Source of the DNA: Chlorokybus atmophyticus | Taxonomy: Eukaryota; Plantae; Mesostigma and Chlorokybus algae | Length of the DNA stretch: 64,000 nt | Direction: 5' to 3' | NCBI GenBank assembly: GCA_009103225.1 | Contig: RHPI01002823.1 | Location: 687,608 to 751,607 of the forward strand | In this document: positions 33,701-47,545 of the stretch, piece by piece | Layout: the number at the start of each line of letters is the position of its first letter | Position numbering within the stretch: position 1 is the stretch's first letter | Translations under genes and position numbers: made by a program | The notes under the pieces: generated by a model | The model's input: the letters and a program-made list of their open reading frames with translations, nothing else | Database searches by the model: none | What the model was told of the DNA's origin: nothing

Positions 33701-36480
33701 ACATCGCCTGAAGCCAAGTCGTCACCGCGAAGCATTTCAGTTTCAGAGAAGCCTAAGCAGGTTGCAGAGTTGGAGAGAGTCGCAGAGGAGCGCCGCAAGA
33801 GTGTTGAAAGCATGAGTGCTGAGCTTGAGCGGGTGCGCTCAGAGCGATCACAGCAGGAGCAGCAAGCTTCGCAGGTGGCGCGCATGCTAAATGAAGCCTT
33901 GGCGCGAATCTCAGAGTTGGATAGCACGATCCACGTTGCAACTAACAGGGTACACACAAATACAAACATGGATTCAGTTTGCCTTGTCGTCGCTCAGCTA
34001 GTACTTGGTACTCCCTTGATTGTGCCTTTGCTGGAGTTGCTTTGCTGAAGTTGTTGTGGTAATGCCAGGCAAATGAGCTTGAGCAGGAGGTCAAGCGGCT
34101 TACGCACAGCCTTGCGGAAGCCACCGCTGCTTGCGAGAACCTGCAATTTGAGCAACAAGAGCAGCTTGCTCTGCAAGCCCGTAACATAGCACAGTTGGAA
34201 GAGGAGAGGCACCGAGAACTGCAGAAGGCGCAGCGCGAACTCAAATTTATTGAAAGAGAGCGGGAGGTTCAGGTCGGTGGCTGGGTGTCAAGTAGTGCAC
34301 AGCTTGGCTTGCTCAAATGTGTAAGAGTAGTGAGGTGCTAAGTCGTCAATCTATACTACAGGTGGGAGAGCTCAAAGTCATTGCTGAATCAGCAACTTCA
34401 AGGCTGCAAGAGTTGCAGGCAGATTTTGAGAGGCAGATGGCACAGCAGCAACAAATGATATCAGAGCTCACGCTTCAGCGTGACAAGGTAAACCTTCCCC
34501 CCGCCCTCCAACTCATTATGAAAACTCAGACATGCAATGGATGCCTGCTGCAGTCATCTGGCAAATTGCAACTCGCGCTTCATGCCATCCTGGCCAGCCT
34601 TTGTTCGCACTGTTCAGGCAATCATGCTGACATGGGTTTATCCTACAGAATGCCACGCCAAGCGTTATACTTTACATGTTATGTTGGATGTCATGGACGG
34701 ACTGCTGCTTTGGCAAGCTGTGCGTGTGTGTGTGCGTGTGCGCGCGCTCACCACTGTTACTGTGTGGGCACTTGCGCACTCAAGTGATGTGTCACTTACC
34801 AGGTTGAGAGGGAGCTGCTTGCTACTGCCAAAATTGCCAGTGATTTGGAGCGATCATCCCAGCAGCAAGCAGAGGCGCTTGAGGCTGGCCGCACACAGTT
34901 TTCAGCCGAAGATGATCATGAGGTCAGCTTGAACCGACTCAGCATCAATGCTGCTCAGTCATCTCATTTGCCCGACAGCAGGACTCTTTCCTGCAGGTGT
35001 CGGCAGCCAGACTTGCCACAGAAACAGAAGCCGGCGCCGCGGTGTCGCGGTGGCGTAACGAAGCAGCGCGGTTGGAGTCCGAACGTGCTCAGATGGCGGA
35101 CAAGGCTGATTACCTCGTGCGCCAAGTCGCAGAGCTTGAGACGGAGCTGACAGCAATACAGAGTGAATTCAATGCGCGCGTTGCAGATGTCGAGAAGGTG
35201 TGCTTGTGTTGGTGATGTCATGTCCATGTGTGCGCGTCCTCTGCCAGAAGTCTCATCATGTGTGATGGTGTTGGGCGATTACTGCAGGTCTGGCAGCAAC
35301 GGTGCGAGGTGTTGGAAAAGCAGCTGTCCAAGCGTGTGAGTGCAGGCTCTGGGCGGCTGGAGGAGAAAGTGTGGGAGAGCAAGTACCGAGAGCTCAAAGA
35401 GCGGTTGGAGCGTGACGCACTCAACAACGAGAGCGCCTGGCATGACCAGTATCGCAGCTTGAAAGCCGAGTTTCGCGCGTGGCGTGAGAAAGCCCGCAGT
35501 ATGCTGGTGAGTGTGGTGATTACATGCGGGGCAGTGATACACTATGCAACTCAGCAATGAGGATGATTTGGCTATGTGCACACAATACCTGAATGTACAG
35601 ATGAGCAAAGATGAAGAGCTGACGCAGCTGCGGGTCAAGTCACGTGGAGACAGCCGCATTATGCCGGGCCCTGCTTTGCTGGCTCTGGCCAACAATGGGC
35701 GCCATGCTGAGTACCGTGAACTGCAGCACCCTGAGGATGAAGTGGACGCTACTTCCAATGCCTCAACTGAAGAAGTAAGTTGTGCGCAGGGCTCGGTAGC
35801 ATCCATCTGTGGATGCTTACCTTGCATCATTGTTTGACTTTGATTGGGACAGTTGTTTAATCCCACAGCAGAGGGGTTTTGCGTTGTGCTCCCCGCTGTA
35901 GTGATACCATTTGAGTGGTAGGCAGCATTTGCTGGTCGTAACAGTGGCGCCATTCACATTTGCAGATGGAGCGAGCAATCATAGAAGCTGCTATGATGCA
36001 AGCACTGCGGGAGAATGAGCTGCAGGTGAAGCAGCAACAAATAAAGGCCCTGGAGCAAATGTGGGAAGACAGCGAGCACACGCACGAGCTCCGAGACAAG
36101 GCCCAGCAGGTGCTGTGCTTCTACTATATGCTCTGCATACCTGTTACAAGCTGTTGGTTGTGACAGCATGTCTTCATGTGCCTGGAGACTAATGCAGTTG
36201 AATGCCTTTGTGACCAATGCAGGTGCTGAAGGCTGAGATCAACGAGCTGTCGCGGTCAAAGACAAGAGAGTCTGTGGACATGCTGTACCTGAAGAACGTG
36301 GTTCTGAAGTACATGGAAACAAATGAGCAGCAGACGCTGCTGCCCGTCATTGCCCGGTTACTGCAGTTCAATCAGGATGAGCAGGCGCGAGTCAGCGCGC
36401 TTATTGCCGCGCGAAACGCCGCAGCCTCCTCCCTTTTGCCATCCCTTGGGCCAATGCTTCCTAGCATATTCCAAAGCTAG
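30719..36480 (+). CDS. GRIP-domain golgin (trans-Golgi coiled-coil tether), multi-exon
   Basis: ATG 30719 (MKKFLSKSRELATNLA). Many Glu/Gln/Arg-rich coiled-coil exons. Final exon VLKAEINELSRSKTRESVDMLYLKNVVLKYME..TLLPVIARLLQFNQDE is a GRIP motif, stop TAG 36478-36480. Confidence 0.88.
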
Positions 36481-37199
36481 GCGTTGGTATACAGGGCGAT
36501 GAACCGCTGTATTCGGTTGCCCTCTTAGGCATCTGCTCTCAATAACCATGCTGTGCAGCTGGATACCAGCTGGGTACCAATTGTGAACACATCATATGTC
36601 TGGCAGGTTGTGCATGTTGCAGTCAGTGCATACGGTATCACAGACAAAGACAACCTAGGTAGCAAGCACGCCAAGTAGGCCAGCTAAGCAAACCATACAC
36701 AATTTAGACAGGGGGTATAGCTTACTAACACTAACACTACTCTACAACCCGACTAGCTATGTGAATATGTTTGTGCAAGTGCGTGCAAGTGCTGGTAGCG
36801 GCAAGCAAGATGGGGCAGGCGAACAACCTGCAGGAGGCGAGGAAAGAGCAGAGGAGAAAGAGCAGTTGAGTGCGGGCACGTAGATCTGCAGCCGTAAAGG
36901 GGCCAGTCATAGGGGCAACGTGCAATGCAGGGCAGACAGTAGCACGCGCACATGGCCGCAGCTGTGCAGGGAGTACATGACGTCAGCAGGCATGTACATA
37001 CAATGCGAAACGGCAATGCACATGCATAGTGGCATGCACAGTCAGCAGCATGCAGAGTGACATAGCGTATACCAACAACACCATTGTCAGGTTGACCACC
37101 GGGTTCATTCACTACCTCACACGCTGCACTATCCCTACCACCCCGTTAGCCATGTAAGCATGCACATGCATATGCGTTCACCTGCACAACGGCCGTGTG

Positions 37200-40100
37200 T
37201 GACAAGACCCTAAAGGCTGCAGTGCGGCTGCAAACGACAGTCGGCAGCGACGGCGGTGTTGTTGCCAGAGATGGTGGAGGGTGGGAGCAAGGCGGCGAGG
37301 GGAGTTAGCTGATCGTCGTGACAGCCGGTGCTGGTGACGTCGGCACTAACGCCAACGCCTATGTGCAGGTGACTGCCTCTGACGATTGCATGCATGACTG
37401 ACAGGGTGGAATAGTTGTAGTGGTAGAGTAGATGTAGAAGTAGGTGGTGAACTTAGTTCAGCCCGGTGGTTGTGTTCAAAGTGCGTATGTGTGTGGGTCA
37501 TGTTGCATATTGCACTGGACAGTGGCATGCAGCTGCTGGCAGCGCTGTGTTGTGCGTGTGTGTGCTGTATGGCATGCGTTGTACGCAGTGAATTCCCTCA
37601 CCGTTCTTTGTACACTCCCTCATAGTACACGCCGCACAGCAACAGCATGTACAGGAGATGCTCGAAGCAGTTTTGTACATGCATTATGCAGAAGCACATC
37701 AGCGCATTCTCAAACAGCATGCAAGCATTATCCTATGTCTACATGATGATGCGCCTGTCGAGTATGTGGATGCAAGGCCAGTACTCCTGTAGTTGATGAG
37801 TAATGGCAGATTTGATGTTGAAAGCAGTTATCAGATTTAGAACACGCAGAACTTGAGCACCTTGCTCAACTCGCACCTTGCTCAACTCATACAGCCATTG
37901 CCCATACAATGGCTATGCATTACACCTTTCCGCATAAAGAGGACATGCGCTGCATGCTCCCACCCGTTTTGCACCCAGCTGCAACATGCCCCAATCCACC
38001 AGCAGTGCAGGCACAACTGTTGTTCTTGTGGCAAACAACATAGACACCAGTGCACAAGCTTGGGTTATCACCAATAGGAAGCAGCGCAATTCATGGCTCA
38101 ACCTCACAAGGCACAGTCAGACTGCCACCAAACCAGCCCAACGCAAGCTCTCTGCAGCATCCCGAAGCCTTTGATTGGTGATGATGTGCGCCATTTGCTT
38201 GGGAACCCGCCCCTTGCCACTCGCCTTAGCAACTGCATCACGCGCTTTCGCCTACGAGACAATCAACAACAGATTAGGGTACTTCATACAAGCACAACGT
38301 CGCAATTGCATACAGCAGTCACAGTATGAGTACCAACATCAAAGCCCGTTGTACCTGCAACTGCATTCGCTCGTTTTCTGACACAGGCGACCCATCCCGG
38401 CCTGTCACACTAACGCCAGCAACTTGAATGGAGCTGTCTTTGATAGCATACCTCAATGCAACGGCTGTACAGAACAGCAGTTGTAAGAATGAGCCCACCG
38501 CGGGTTCAAACGCTGTTGCATCTGATGCATCAAGTCCGTCCTCAAGCACAGCAACAAGGCTTCGCACCAACATAAGGGATGTTGGCAATGGAGTTCGCCG
38601 GGGCGTCCATGTACTTGGCAGCATACAGGCCCACGACACACTCCACGGTGTTGGTGGACCTGTCGTGCCTCAGCACCGGGGCACCCGGCGCAGAGTGGCG
38701 CCACGCCGGTGGGGCTATAAGCATGGCCGCATTTGACAAGCAAAGCTCGCCTGCCACCATCGGAGGCTGGGGGGGCTTTCCTTTGGCGTTCCGGGGCGTT
38801 ACAGGCGGCGTGGCCAAACCACCTGTTTCAATCAGTTGTTGATCACATACAGCATGCCCACAACCAAATCTCGCAAACAACTGACAACTGAAAGAAAATC
38901 ATGAGACTAATGTCGATACAGAGGAGGACACACTGGATGCGATATGTTAAGTAAAGTACTGGCATGGCACCTTTGGTTTGCAGCTCTTGAGACAGCTCTT
39001 CACGCAGTTTTCGCTCCCACGCAATAAGCGCGATGAAGTCGTGCAGGGCATTGAGCGGCAGTGCAAGCATCTCAAGGAACGGCGTCATCCTGCAGACTTC
39101 CACGGGCTCGCACGCGACGCGGCAGGTGAAGAAGTTGCACAGCTCTGTAATCTCCACGTCCGTCAGCGTGCTTTGGGGTTGCTCCCGCGGTAGATTGGCC
39201 TGCCAGATACACGCACACAACACACACCGTTACAACACCATGCTGCATTTGCGTTTGACTTCTGAGTCAGGTCTGTTAACTGTTAACTCAGCGGATTGCA
39301 ACAACTTCCGTAGCACTGGCTTCTTGTCATTTGTACTAGAACCTGGACAATGGCTGCGTTCCACTCCTGATCCTGCAGGGGCTGCTTCTGCACCCGCAGA
39401 GTGATCTTCGACCACAGCCCAGCAAAAATTTCATACCCGTAGCCTCTGCAAGGTGCAATACAACACAGTCCGTCAGTGGTGAGTGCTCACATGGTAAGTA
39501 ACGCATGCGGCTTACAGCCCACGCTGCTGGGAAAGCGCAACACACACCACGCCTACCTGGCCATGAAACGAACCGCAGGCCGCCGATCCTGATGCGCGTA
39601 GCATAGCCAGCCGCCCTCTTTGCTGTTCTTGAACGTGCTCTTAACCATCTCCGGCAGCGTGGCGATGAGAGACTTGATGATGGCTTTCCTTAGGAGACGC
39701 CTGAGCGCCGTGTCCAACTGTGCTGGTGATACCCAAAGGCCCGCCAACAGCACGCCTCCCGCTTGCAACGACTAAAACAGGGAAAAACATATCTACATCA
39801 GGCGTGTCAATGTTCTGAAGCACTACAACAACAGCTGTACGTAACATGAGAGGATGTGCAACTTGGCGCTCGTCAAACAACATGCTGGTGCGTTCATTAC
39901 CTGTGCTTTTGAGCCCAGTTTGCCAGCCAGATCGTTCATGAAGCTGGGTAGGTTGTGGCAGTTGGTGAACCTCACCGGGTCGGGCACGCCTGCTTTGAGC
40001 AAGGCCGAGGGGGAGTCGAGGGCCTCCCCAAGCCATATGTGGTTTGGGGAGAACACGCGCATGTCAAAGGGGAAGACGCCCTTGAACACCAGCCTGATGC

Positions 40101-43100
40101 GCGTGAGAGACCGCTGCAGCCGGATGACATCGAGGGGCCATCGGGGAGGCGGCGGCAGATCAGAGGCAACTGCGGGTGTGGTTGTTGTTGTTGCTGTGGT
40201 TGTGCTCGCTATGGTGGGGGTGCTTGTTACAGGGGCGACGGTAGTAGTGAGGGATGCGACAGATGGCATTGATGGCAGACGCACGAGAGGTGCTTTGAAG
40301 CTGCCGCCGTTGGCGGTGATTGCAATGGGCAGCCTACCGCTTGCTGTCATGGTGGCTGAAGGGGGAGGAGGGAAGGCTACAGGTAACGATGATGGCTGTC
40401 GCATGACAGCCGCGAGCGCGGTGAACGGCAGCGCTGTAGAACACAGCGTGTCTACAACCAACCCTTCCTCGCGTTTATTTATGTACTGTTCTAATAACTG
40501 CAGCACACCGGATACAGTGAGCATCACACGATCAGCAAACACACTGCACGGCGCGCACACACGCTAGGCAGCGCACACGAACATGCGTTGGTGCATGTTT
40601 GTGCACGTATGTGTGCGTGTATGCATCCGCGTGAAAGCGATTGGTTGTGTATGTACTCCCGCAGAAGTTGAGCACTGTGGTGTTACCTGCACACTAGGAT
40701 AAATGTCTGAGGGAACAACTCGCACGCTGCATCCAGTATGCAACGTCCAACGCAACTCAATCCGCAACTGCACGTCCTGGAGGTGTGGTGGCGTTGTGGT
40801 CGCAGGGGCATTCTCTTGCTTGACGCCATCCATCTGCATTCGATACCGTAACACGGCATGGGTCGGGCCGACCTCTGCGAGCCAAATGTCTCCACTCGGT
40901 TCAACTTGCGAGTCTTGGAGGGAGTCCTGCTTCCGCCTTTGCAGTGCAGCGGCCAACCTTACCACAGAGCCCTGTGCGAGCCTGACGCGAGCAATATCGC
41001 CAATCAGTGCCTTAACAGGTGACTGATGTGCCTGTCAACACCAACAGCAAGGTGGATGAGTACAATCCAACCTATTGCAAGGATGGAAACATCATGCATG
41101 CTTCTTATCGCTGAGTGCACACCTCCTGATATTGTAGCTGAAGGCCAGTGGCTGTGAGCCGTATGTGTTGATCAGCCGCGAGGATGGAAAACCGCGGGCG
41201 ATGCTGTGCGTCGCTGAAGGTGGCTGCCACGTGCGTGGTGTCGACCTCTGTGGACCAGAGAGCCGACCTGTTCGACGGGCTGCTCGCCGTCTGAGTGAAG
41301 CTCTCAACACCGGTGGAGAGCTCATGCAAGAGCGTGAAGTACTGGTTGCTTATGCAGGCTGTCCACGAGTCATGGGCTGGCTGCATAAACCTGCGCAGCA
41401 TCACACCCGTGCATGAGCAAGGAGTGTTCGGAATACAAACCAACCCTCATATCATTATCCCACGACTTTGAGTTAAAGCAGCACGTGTTGGATGGCACTG
41501 GCATGAAGACCCTGCACATTATGACAATGACAGCATAATCGTACCTAATAGTCACTATAGAAGGTGGTACTTTGGGATCGCACACGTCAACAAGGGAGCC
41601 ATGCCCGAGCCCACTTGCCGTCGACCAAGACGGGACCGTCAACCGTAGCGAAGGAGGGTTGTGCGTCGCGCGCAACGCCAGTTCCTGGGTAAACAACAGG
41701 CCCTCCGCCTCCAGTTGAGACGCCAACCGCGCCTAAACAGAGGATGTCATGCACAGCAAATGCAAACAGTGGCTATCCAAAACGCCATTAACAAAACTCA
41801 CCTGTCGGATCCAACCCCAGCACTGCTGTACAACGGCAGCCAGCGTCTCATCGAGCGCCTTGCCATGGAATGTGGTCTCGCCATTGACAGGTGCTTCCGG
41901 GTCCATCTTCAACCTCTTCATAGACAGCTGCTGCTCGCCCTCACTAACATCGAGTTTCCGTTTCCAACCCGTCGAGACACGGCCTGCTTCGAGACTTGCG
42001 GTGCCAAGCTGTTGCTGTTGTGTAGGGAGCAATGAAGGGATCTCGACCCACGTCCTCGCTCGCTGCATGTTGGCTACAGACGGTCGGGTTTTCTCCGCAC
42101 GCACCAGGTAGAAGGACATGGCGTACTCGTCTGTGAGCTGTACGAGCAGGTAGAAGGGACCCTGTCCCGGGAACGCAAAAACAACCCAACGGTTGTTTGC
42201 ATTGAGCTGCGATATGTCGGAAGTCAGCTGCGCTACCACCTCGGGCCTCCCAGCCATCTATACAAGATTGAAAAGATTGTCAAAGCCAGTACTGCAACAT
42301 GTGCATACAACTGCAAAGAGCAATTGTGTCAAATCCTCTGCATCTGCATACAAGCACATGCGCTCATGCAACACGTATAAATGCACGTAGGTGCATGTGT
42401 TTGTCTTGATGGAAGACTGACCAGCCCAAGGGATGTTGCTGCGGTGCGAACGAGGTGTTTGACAACTTCAAAGCGTAAAGCCAACAGGGCATCAACAAGT
42501 GACGAGGTTCCCGAGTTCAGAGCAGTTTGCAGCTCGTCAGTCACGGGGCCCACAAAAGTTGCCTCAGGGGCTCGAAGCAGCAGTTGGCCGGTTCTGCAAC
42601 AGTGTACCGTACTTGCTGCACGCAACATGCCAAAGCAAATGCACGTACTTAAGGGACAAGACAACTCACCTGGAGTTGACAGCCACTGTCATGAACAAGT
42701 CTCCGTGTGCTCGCACAAGAACAACTGTCTGTGCAAAGGGGTCTTCCGGTTGCAACCCTGAAGAGAGCTGAACATCATCTTTGGCTTTGCATAATCTAAG
42801 ATCCTCGCGACATAGGTCTGCCAGCCGCTGTAGCGCAGTGTATATGTGACACTGTAGAGCATACACCAGCAACTGCTCCACGTCCACGCGGCGCAGGTTA
42901 ATTCTAAACGTGGCCGCTTTCTGGGTGGCTGGGTCCAACACCTGCGATACAGTAATGATGAAGCTTGTGAACTTGTGATGGACCGTAGCTATATCTGGTG
43001 TATCTCTCGGCCATACCTGCAGCGAATGGCGGCAAACGAGAAACCGATCCTGATCGAGCTCAAGTCGCATGGCCGGCTGCTCAGCCTTGGGTTCTTTGAG

Positions 43101-45227
43101 AGTTTCCAAACCCGAGAATATGTCATCAACGGCCGATGCAACCACTGGGGGAGGCACGCGGGGCTGAAACAACATACAGGTTGATACATACACGACCAAA
43201 TATCAGCACCACAACGCACACATTCCGTCAGCAACACACACCTGCAAGGCCAGGTCGGCAGCCATAGTGTTCACGTTCCAGTAAGTGAGTGCAACGCCTC
43301 CAAGGGATCCTTGCTGGCCAGCAGACGGCCGAGCCTCTGCTGTGCCAGCCAGCACCCCCGTGACTCCAGTGGCCTGCTGGATGGTCTCATACTTCATGAT
43401 GTCCGCCCAACGCCCGCGCTTCAGCGCCACTGTCTGCCGAACGATCTGATCCAAGACAACTGACAGGCAAAGCTCGTGGAGGAGGGCATACACCTGCACA
43501 GTAGACAGTAGACAGTAGTACGCAGTGTACTCATAATAGTTCAACAAGATGATGGTGACATGGAAGCTGGAGTGCACGCGAGCACATACGTGAACCAATG
43601 GCTGTTCTGTAGCAGCCAATTGACGCTGGAACTCCTCGCGAATCCAGTCACGTTGATTTTTTGTCAACGCGGTGCGCCACTTCCACCTGTTGCTGTGAGT
43701 GTGGCAATCATGAAACTTTCACGTTACCTAAGGAACATGGATCAATAGAGCACAGGCTACGGAGGGCAGTTGAGAGTACCTGGAGCTTGCCGTGCCATTG
43801 CCGCCATCTCCAGCTAACAAGTCCAGGCTTAGCAGCTTCCATCGATCCAGACTGTCCTCATGGCCCAACGTCAATGTGGCACGGAACTCGTCCTCGACCT
43901 CAAGGAAAAGCTTGCCCTCGCTGACCTCAGCAACCGAACACCTCCGCGGAAGTGCCAACTCGTAGACAGCAGCTCTCAGTCTATCATCCAATCGAGCGAG
44001 GAGCTGCAAGGGGCATACAGGTCAGTAAATAAAGAGCATGACTAGCATGGTTGAAGTGTTCTTGCTTCATCTTACCTTTCTCCCTTCAGGGGTGCCCACC
44101 GGTACGCCTGGTAGTGGGCCCGCAAGCGCAGCAATAGCATTTGGGAGCCGTGGGACTGTGCCAGTGGACAAAACGTCCACTGCTGTGGGTATGTCGTACA
44201 TGGGCGCACAAGCCTCGTCCAGCTGTGCGTGCAAAAAGAACAAGGAGTCTGCAGCAGCCGTAAAGCTCGCATCGTGGGCGCCAAGTATTGACTGCAATTG
44301 CTGACATGATGACACTGCTGGCATCTGTCCAGCACAAAAAAAATCAGCCTCATGACACGACAGATATCCTGTGTACTGCTTGTGCATGTTGGCCATAGCA
44401 CGCACATATGCACTGCCTGCATGTAACAAGGACTGAAAGTGCAGGATGCCGGTGGACGCACAAGATGCTGAGTGCAGCAGTGCTGATGACGAGTATACTT
44501 CACCTGTGAAGACCATTTGGCCAGAACAAGCAGGCGTAGCAGATGCTGCCGGGTGACATGAAGAAAAGTAAGCAGAGCCTTCTTGCGTTCCGAGTCCGAC
44601 TTGCCAGGAAGGCCAGTACAGAGAGCGCGCAGGCGAGCATGTGCTGCACTGGTTACGCGAACCACCAACTGCAATGCGCATGCAATGACTATAGGCTCCA
44701 GTTGTGCCAGCAGGTCACACGTACTCGCCTCACTAAGCAACATCATGCATGCTTGGACAACACGCACGCGAACACGCAAGCATGGGAAGCATGTAATCAT
44801 CTACATCCACATCTACATCTAACCTTTGGACCATGTGACAATGCATGCATGCATGCATGCATGCAACATAAGCGTTGCATGCATGGCAGCAAACTCACTT
44901 GGTGCGCACTGCTACGCGCATGCGCAGAGCATGACAACTCAACGAGAGCCCTGGCGCGATGGAGTGGCAAATCACAGCTTCCACTCAACCCCAGCAGTGC
45001 CCAGAAAGATATGATATAGCAACTGATGGTGGACGAGTCTACCATTCAAACGACACTCCGCAGGACATACTGATTGATACGAAAGCATGCAAGTAGGGCA
45101 TGTAATCCAGGCTGCAGCTTGTGTTCCTGCTGCATAATTGGCTTAGTGTTAAGTCAAAGCCCACCTCTGAAAGCGGCTGAGCTCGCTGCCAGCCACCAGC
45201 AACGGATCCGTTTGGCAAGCCCTCCAT
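37200..45227 (-). CDS. MED14: Mediator subunit 14 (plant SWP/MED14-like); 3' end uncertain
   Basis: ATG 45227. LPGKSDSERKKALLTFLHVTRQHLLRLLVLAKW and LGAHDASFTAAADSLFFLHAQLDEACAPMYDIPTAVDVLSTGTVPRLP match the Med14 N-terminus. Later exons LFLEVEDEFRATLTLG..WKLLSLDLL, YALLHELCLSVVLD, FPGQGPFYLLVQL. Exons continue to about 38 kb. Confidence 0.88.
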
Positions 45228-45939
45228 GGCTGGCTGGTCTGCTGCCAGTAGAAGCGAACCCTAACCCTAATTTAACCAACACCCCGAACACCGCCGACCC
45301 GGAAGCAGGCTACATTCTTCCAGAGCACAGCAGCACACGCATTATTAAGAGCCGCTGCGCTCGCGCTGCGTGCTATGGCGGCCACCGACGCCTCGGCATG
45401 CCGCCGCCAACCACACCGACAACAACAGTGTCGACGATTAGCTGAAACACGTCAAAATTGCAGTGAAATCAAATTGCAGTCGTTAAGCAGCCGGTCTAGA
45501 CGATCCGGCTGCAATCAGACAGTGTCAAACCGGATTCGGCAGGCTGGGTCGTTTGCGCCCAAGAGGAGGAGCGGCGCTCCGGGAGCGCGCACTGCAGCCT
45601 AAACAACGATGCTCGCGCTAGGGCAGCCATCGGCGTGTGTCGCTCCCGGAACGCCGGACGCCCGCGGCTTTATCCACAAAAGCGGCCAGCCCTGCCAGGC
45701 TGGTAAGCAGGCCGCAAGACCGATATCGAGCCCACATACAAAAAGGACGTAAAAAGCACTTTAGCCCAATACAATGTGTTGATTGAGGCATTAGGGTTTG
45801 TGGCGCGGCGTACAGAGTGTTGCTTTTACGTGGGCGGCAGTGTAGCTGAGGGCATTGTCAACGTAGGCGTTGTTGCAGCGGCCATCGTCACCGTCGTTGT
45901 CGTCGTCGTCGTCGTCGTCGTCACCGGTTAACACGCATC

Positions 45940-46853
45940 ATGGCTGCGACTGCTGTGTCTGCGTGCGTGGCGCTACCGGCATTGGCGCCCAGGAAGACCG
46001 CCGCCCGCATGGCTGCGGCCGCCCCTGCCGCCATCAAGCCCCTGCGCAGCTACGCCGGCCTTAGGAAAGAGACCCCCGCCGCCCTTGCCCAGGTGCGATG
46101 GCATGTGACTGTTCTTGTTTGTTGGCTTGCTTGGCATTGATGGTAAAGGCGCTGGGAGCCGCTTGTACCACCAGACCAATGTGGCAATGGGCGAGCCAAT
46201 GGTGCTTGGTGCAAGTGCGGCAATGTTGGCTGTAGGGTTTATCACCATAGTATCAGAACGATAAGGGTTTCATGCTGGACGGCAAGGCAGATGGGTACCT
46301 GCCTCCCTCCTTGCCTCCCTTATTGGACGCATGGCTCTATAAAGCAGCCTGTCAGATGCACAGCATCTACACTGATTGTCCGTGTAATGGAGAAGCAAGC
46401 CCATGCATCGGTACCTCCACATTGATCGGTATTGACATATGATACCGATCAATGTGGTACTACAGTCTGTTTGATTTGCGAGCAGGAAGCGAGATGGATT
46501 CCTGCATTCATGTTCAGTATCGCATGTTCATAAACAAGTTTCCATCTCTCAGTGGCTGTCTCCACCTTCTGAGTTGCTTGTGTGTCAGCCAGTTGTAGCT
46601 TTTGCAAGCCTGTACTCATCAAGCCTGAAATCGCCTTTCCTGTCAGGTTGCCACCTGCGATGATCGCTTCGCAGAGCTCTCACGGAAGGTCCGGTCCGGC
46701 ATGAGCGCGCGTGGCGGTGCATTGGTCACGAAGAACAGCATCGGGGAGGAGATCCTCCGCATTGCTCCCGCCATGTTCGGCATTACCCTCATCGGGCTGG
46801 CTGTCGGCTTCATTCTGCTGCGAGTGGAGGCACTCACTGAGGAGGAAGCGTAG
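45940..46853 (+). CDS. petM: Cytochrome b6f subunit 7 (PetM) precursor, nuclear-encoded, 2 exons
   Basis: Exons 45940-46092 and 46647-46853. Transit peptide MAATAVSACVALPALAPRK, then mature SIGEEILRIAPAMFGITLIGLAVGFILLRVEALTEEEA*. Confidence 0.92.
46417..46457. repeat. Perfect 16-bp inverted repeat with 9-nt spacer inside the petM intron
   Basis: ccacattgatcggtat-tgacatatg-ataccgatcaatgtgg. Confidence 0.9.
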
Positions 46854-47545
46854 AGTAGTGAAGGCACTGCAGGATGATTGGGATGCCTGATGCAACTCGG
46901 CTGTGTAGATAATTGTCACTATTTACGGTAACTGGATACATTGTTCTTTGCCGGTTCTTATTTGGTTGGCGCATATTGAGTTCTGAGCACGTTGTCAGCA
47001 TGCACAGTCCAACCAATTGAGCAAGTGGCACGTTCCTCGTGTGTGCTGCTTGCCTTCATGTGCCCTTGCACGAGTTGTGAGTGGTGTTTTGTCCTGCATG
47101 TACTAAGCGGCAAATGTATTGCGATTTACTGCCAGTAGAAGTTGTGCTTCACTATCATTGGCAACTGCATTCCATGCAACCCGGCAGTTCTTCATGTGCT
47201 GGCACAATATGCGAGTGAATCTGCTCCGTTGGTGTACAATATTTGCATGTAATAGACATTGCGCTCAACTGCTGCTGAAGCTGTGCGTTAATGCCATCCA
47301 AGAACTGCCTTCCACGCACCACACAGTAACACTTACATACCAATGGCCATGCCAACTGCACTATCGCCAGTACTGGTGCCCATAGCTTGACCAGGTTGAG
47401 AGCTAGAAGAATGGTTGCTGCCAAAGCACCCATGTCAACGAGCACAACAGCAAGCAGGTAAGTTTCACCTCAAAGAGATACACGAATCTCACCAACTCTG
47501 TACATCCGAAACTATCCTAATTTTACGCGAAATGCACGGCACTCC

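Noticed and set aside
44856-44885. 12-bp inverted repeat in a MED14 intron
   Set aside because: Mostly explained by the self-complementary (ATGC)n microsatellite.
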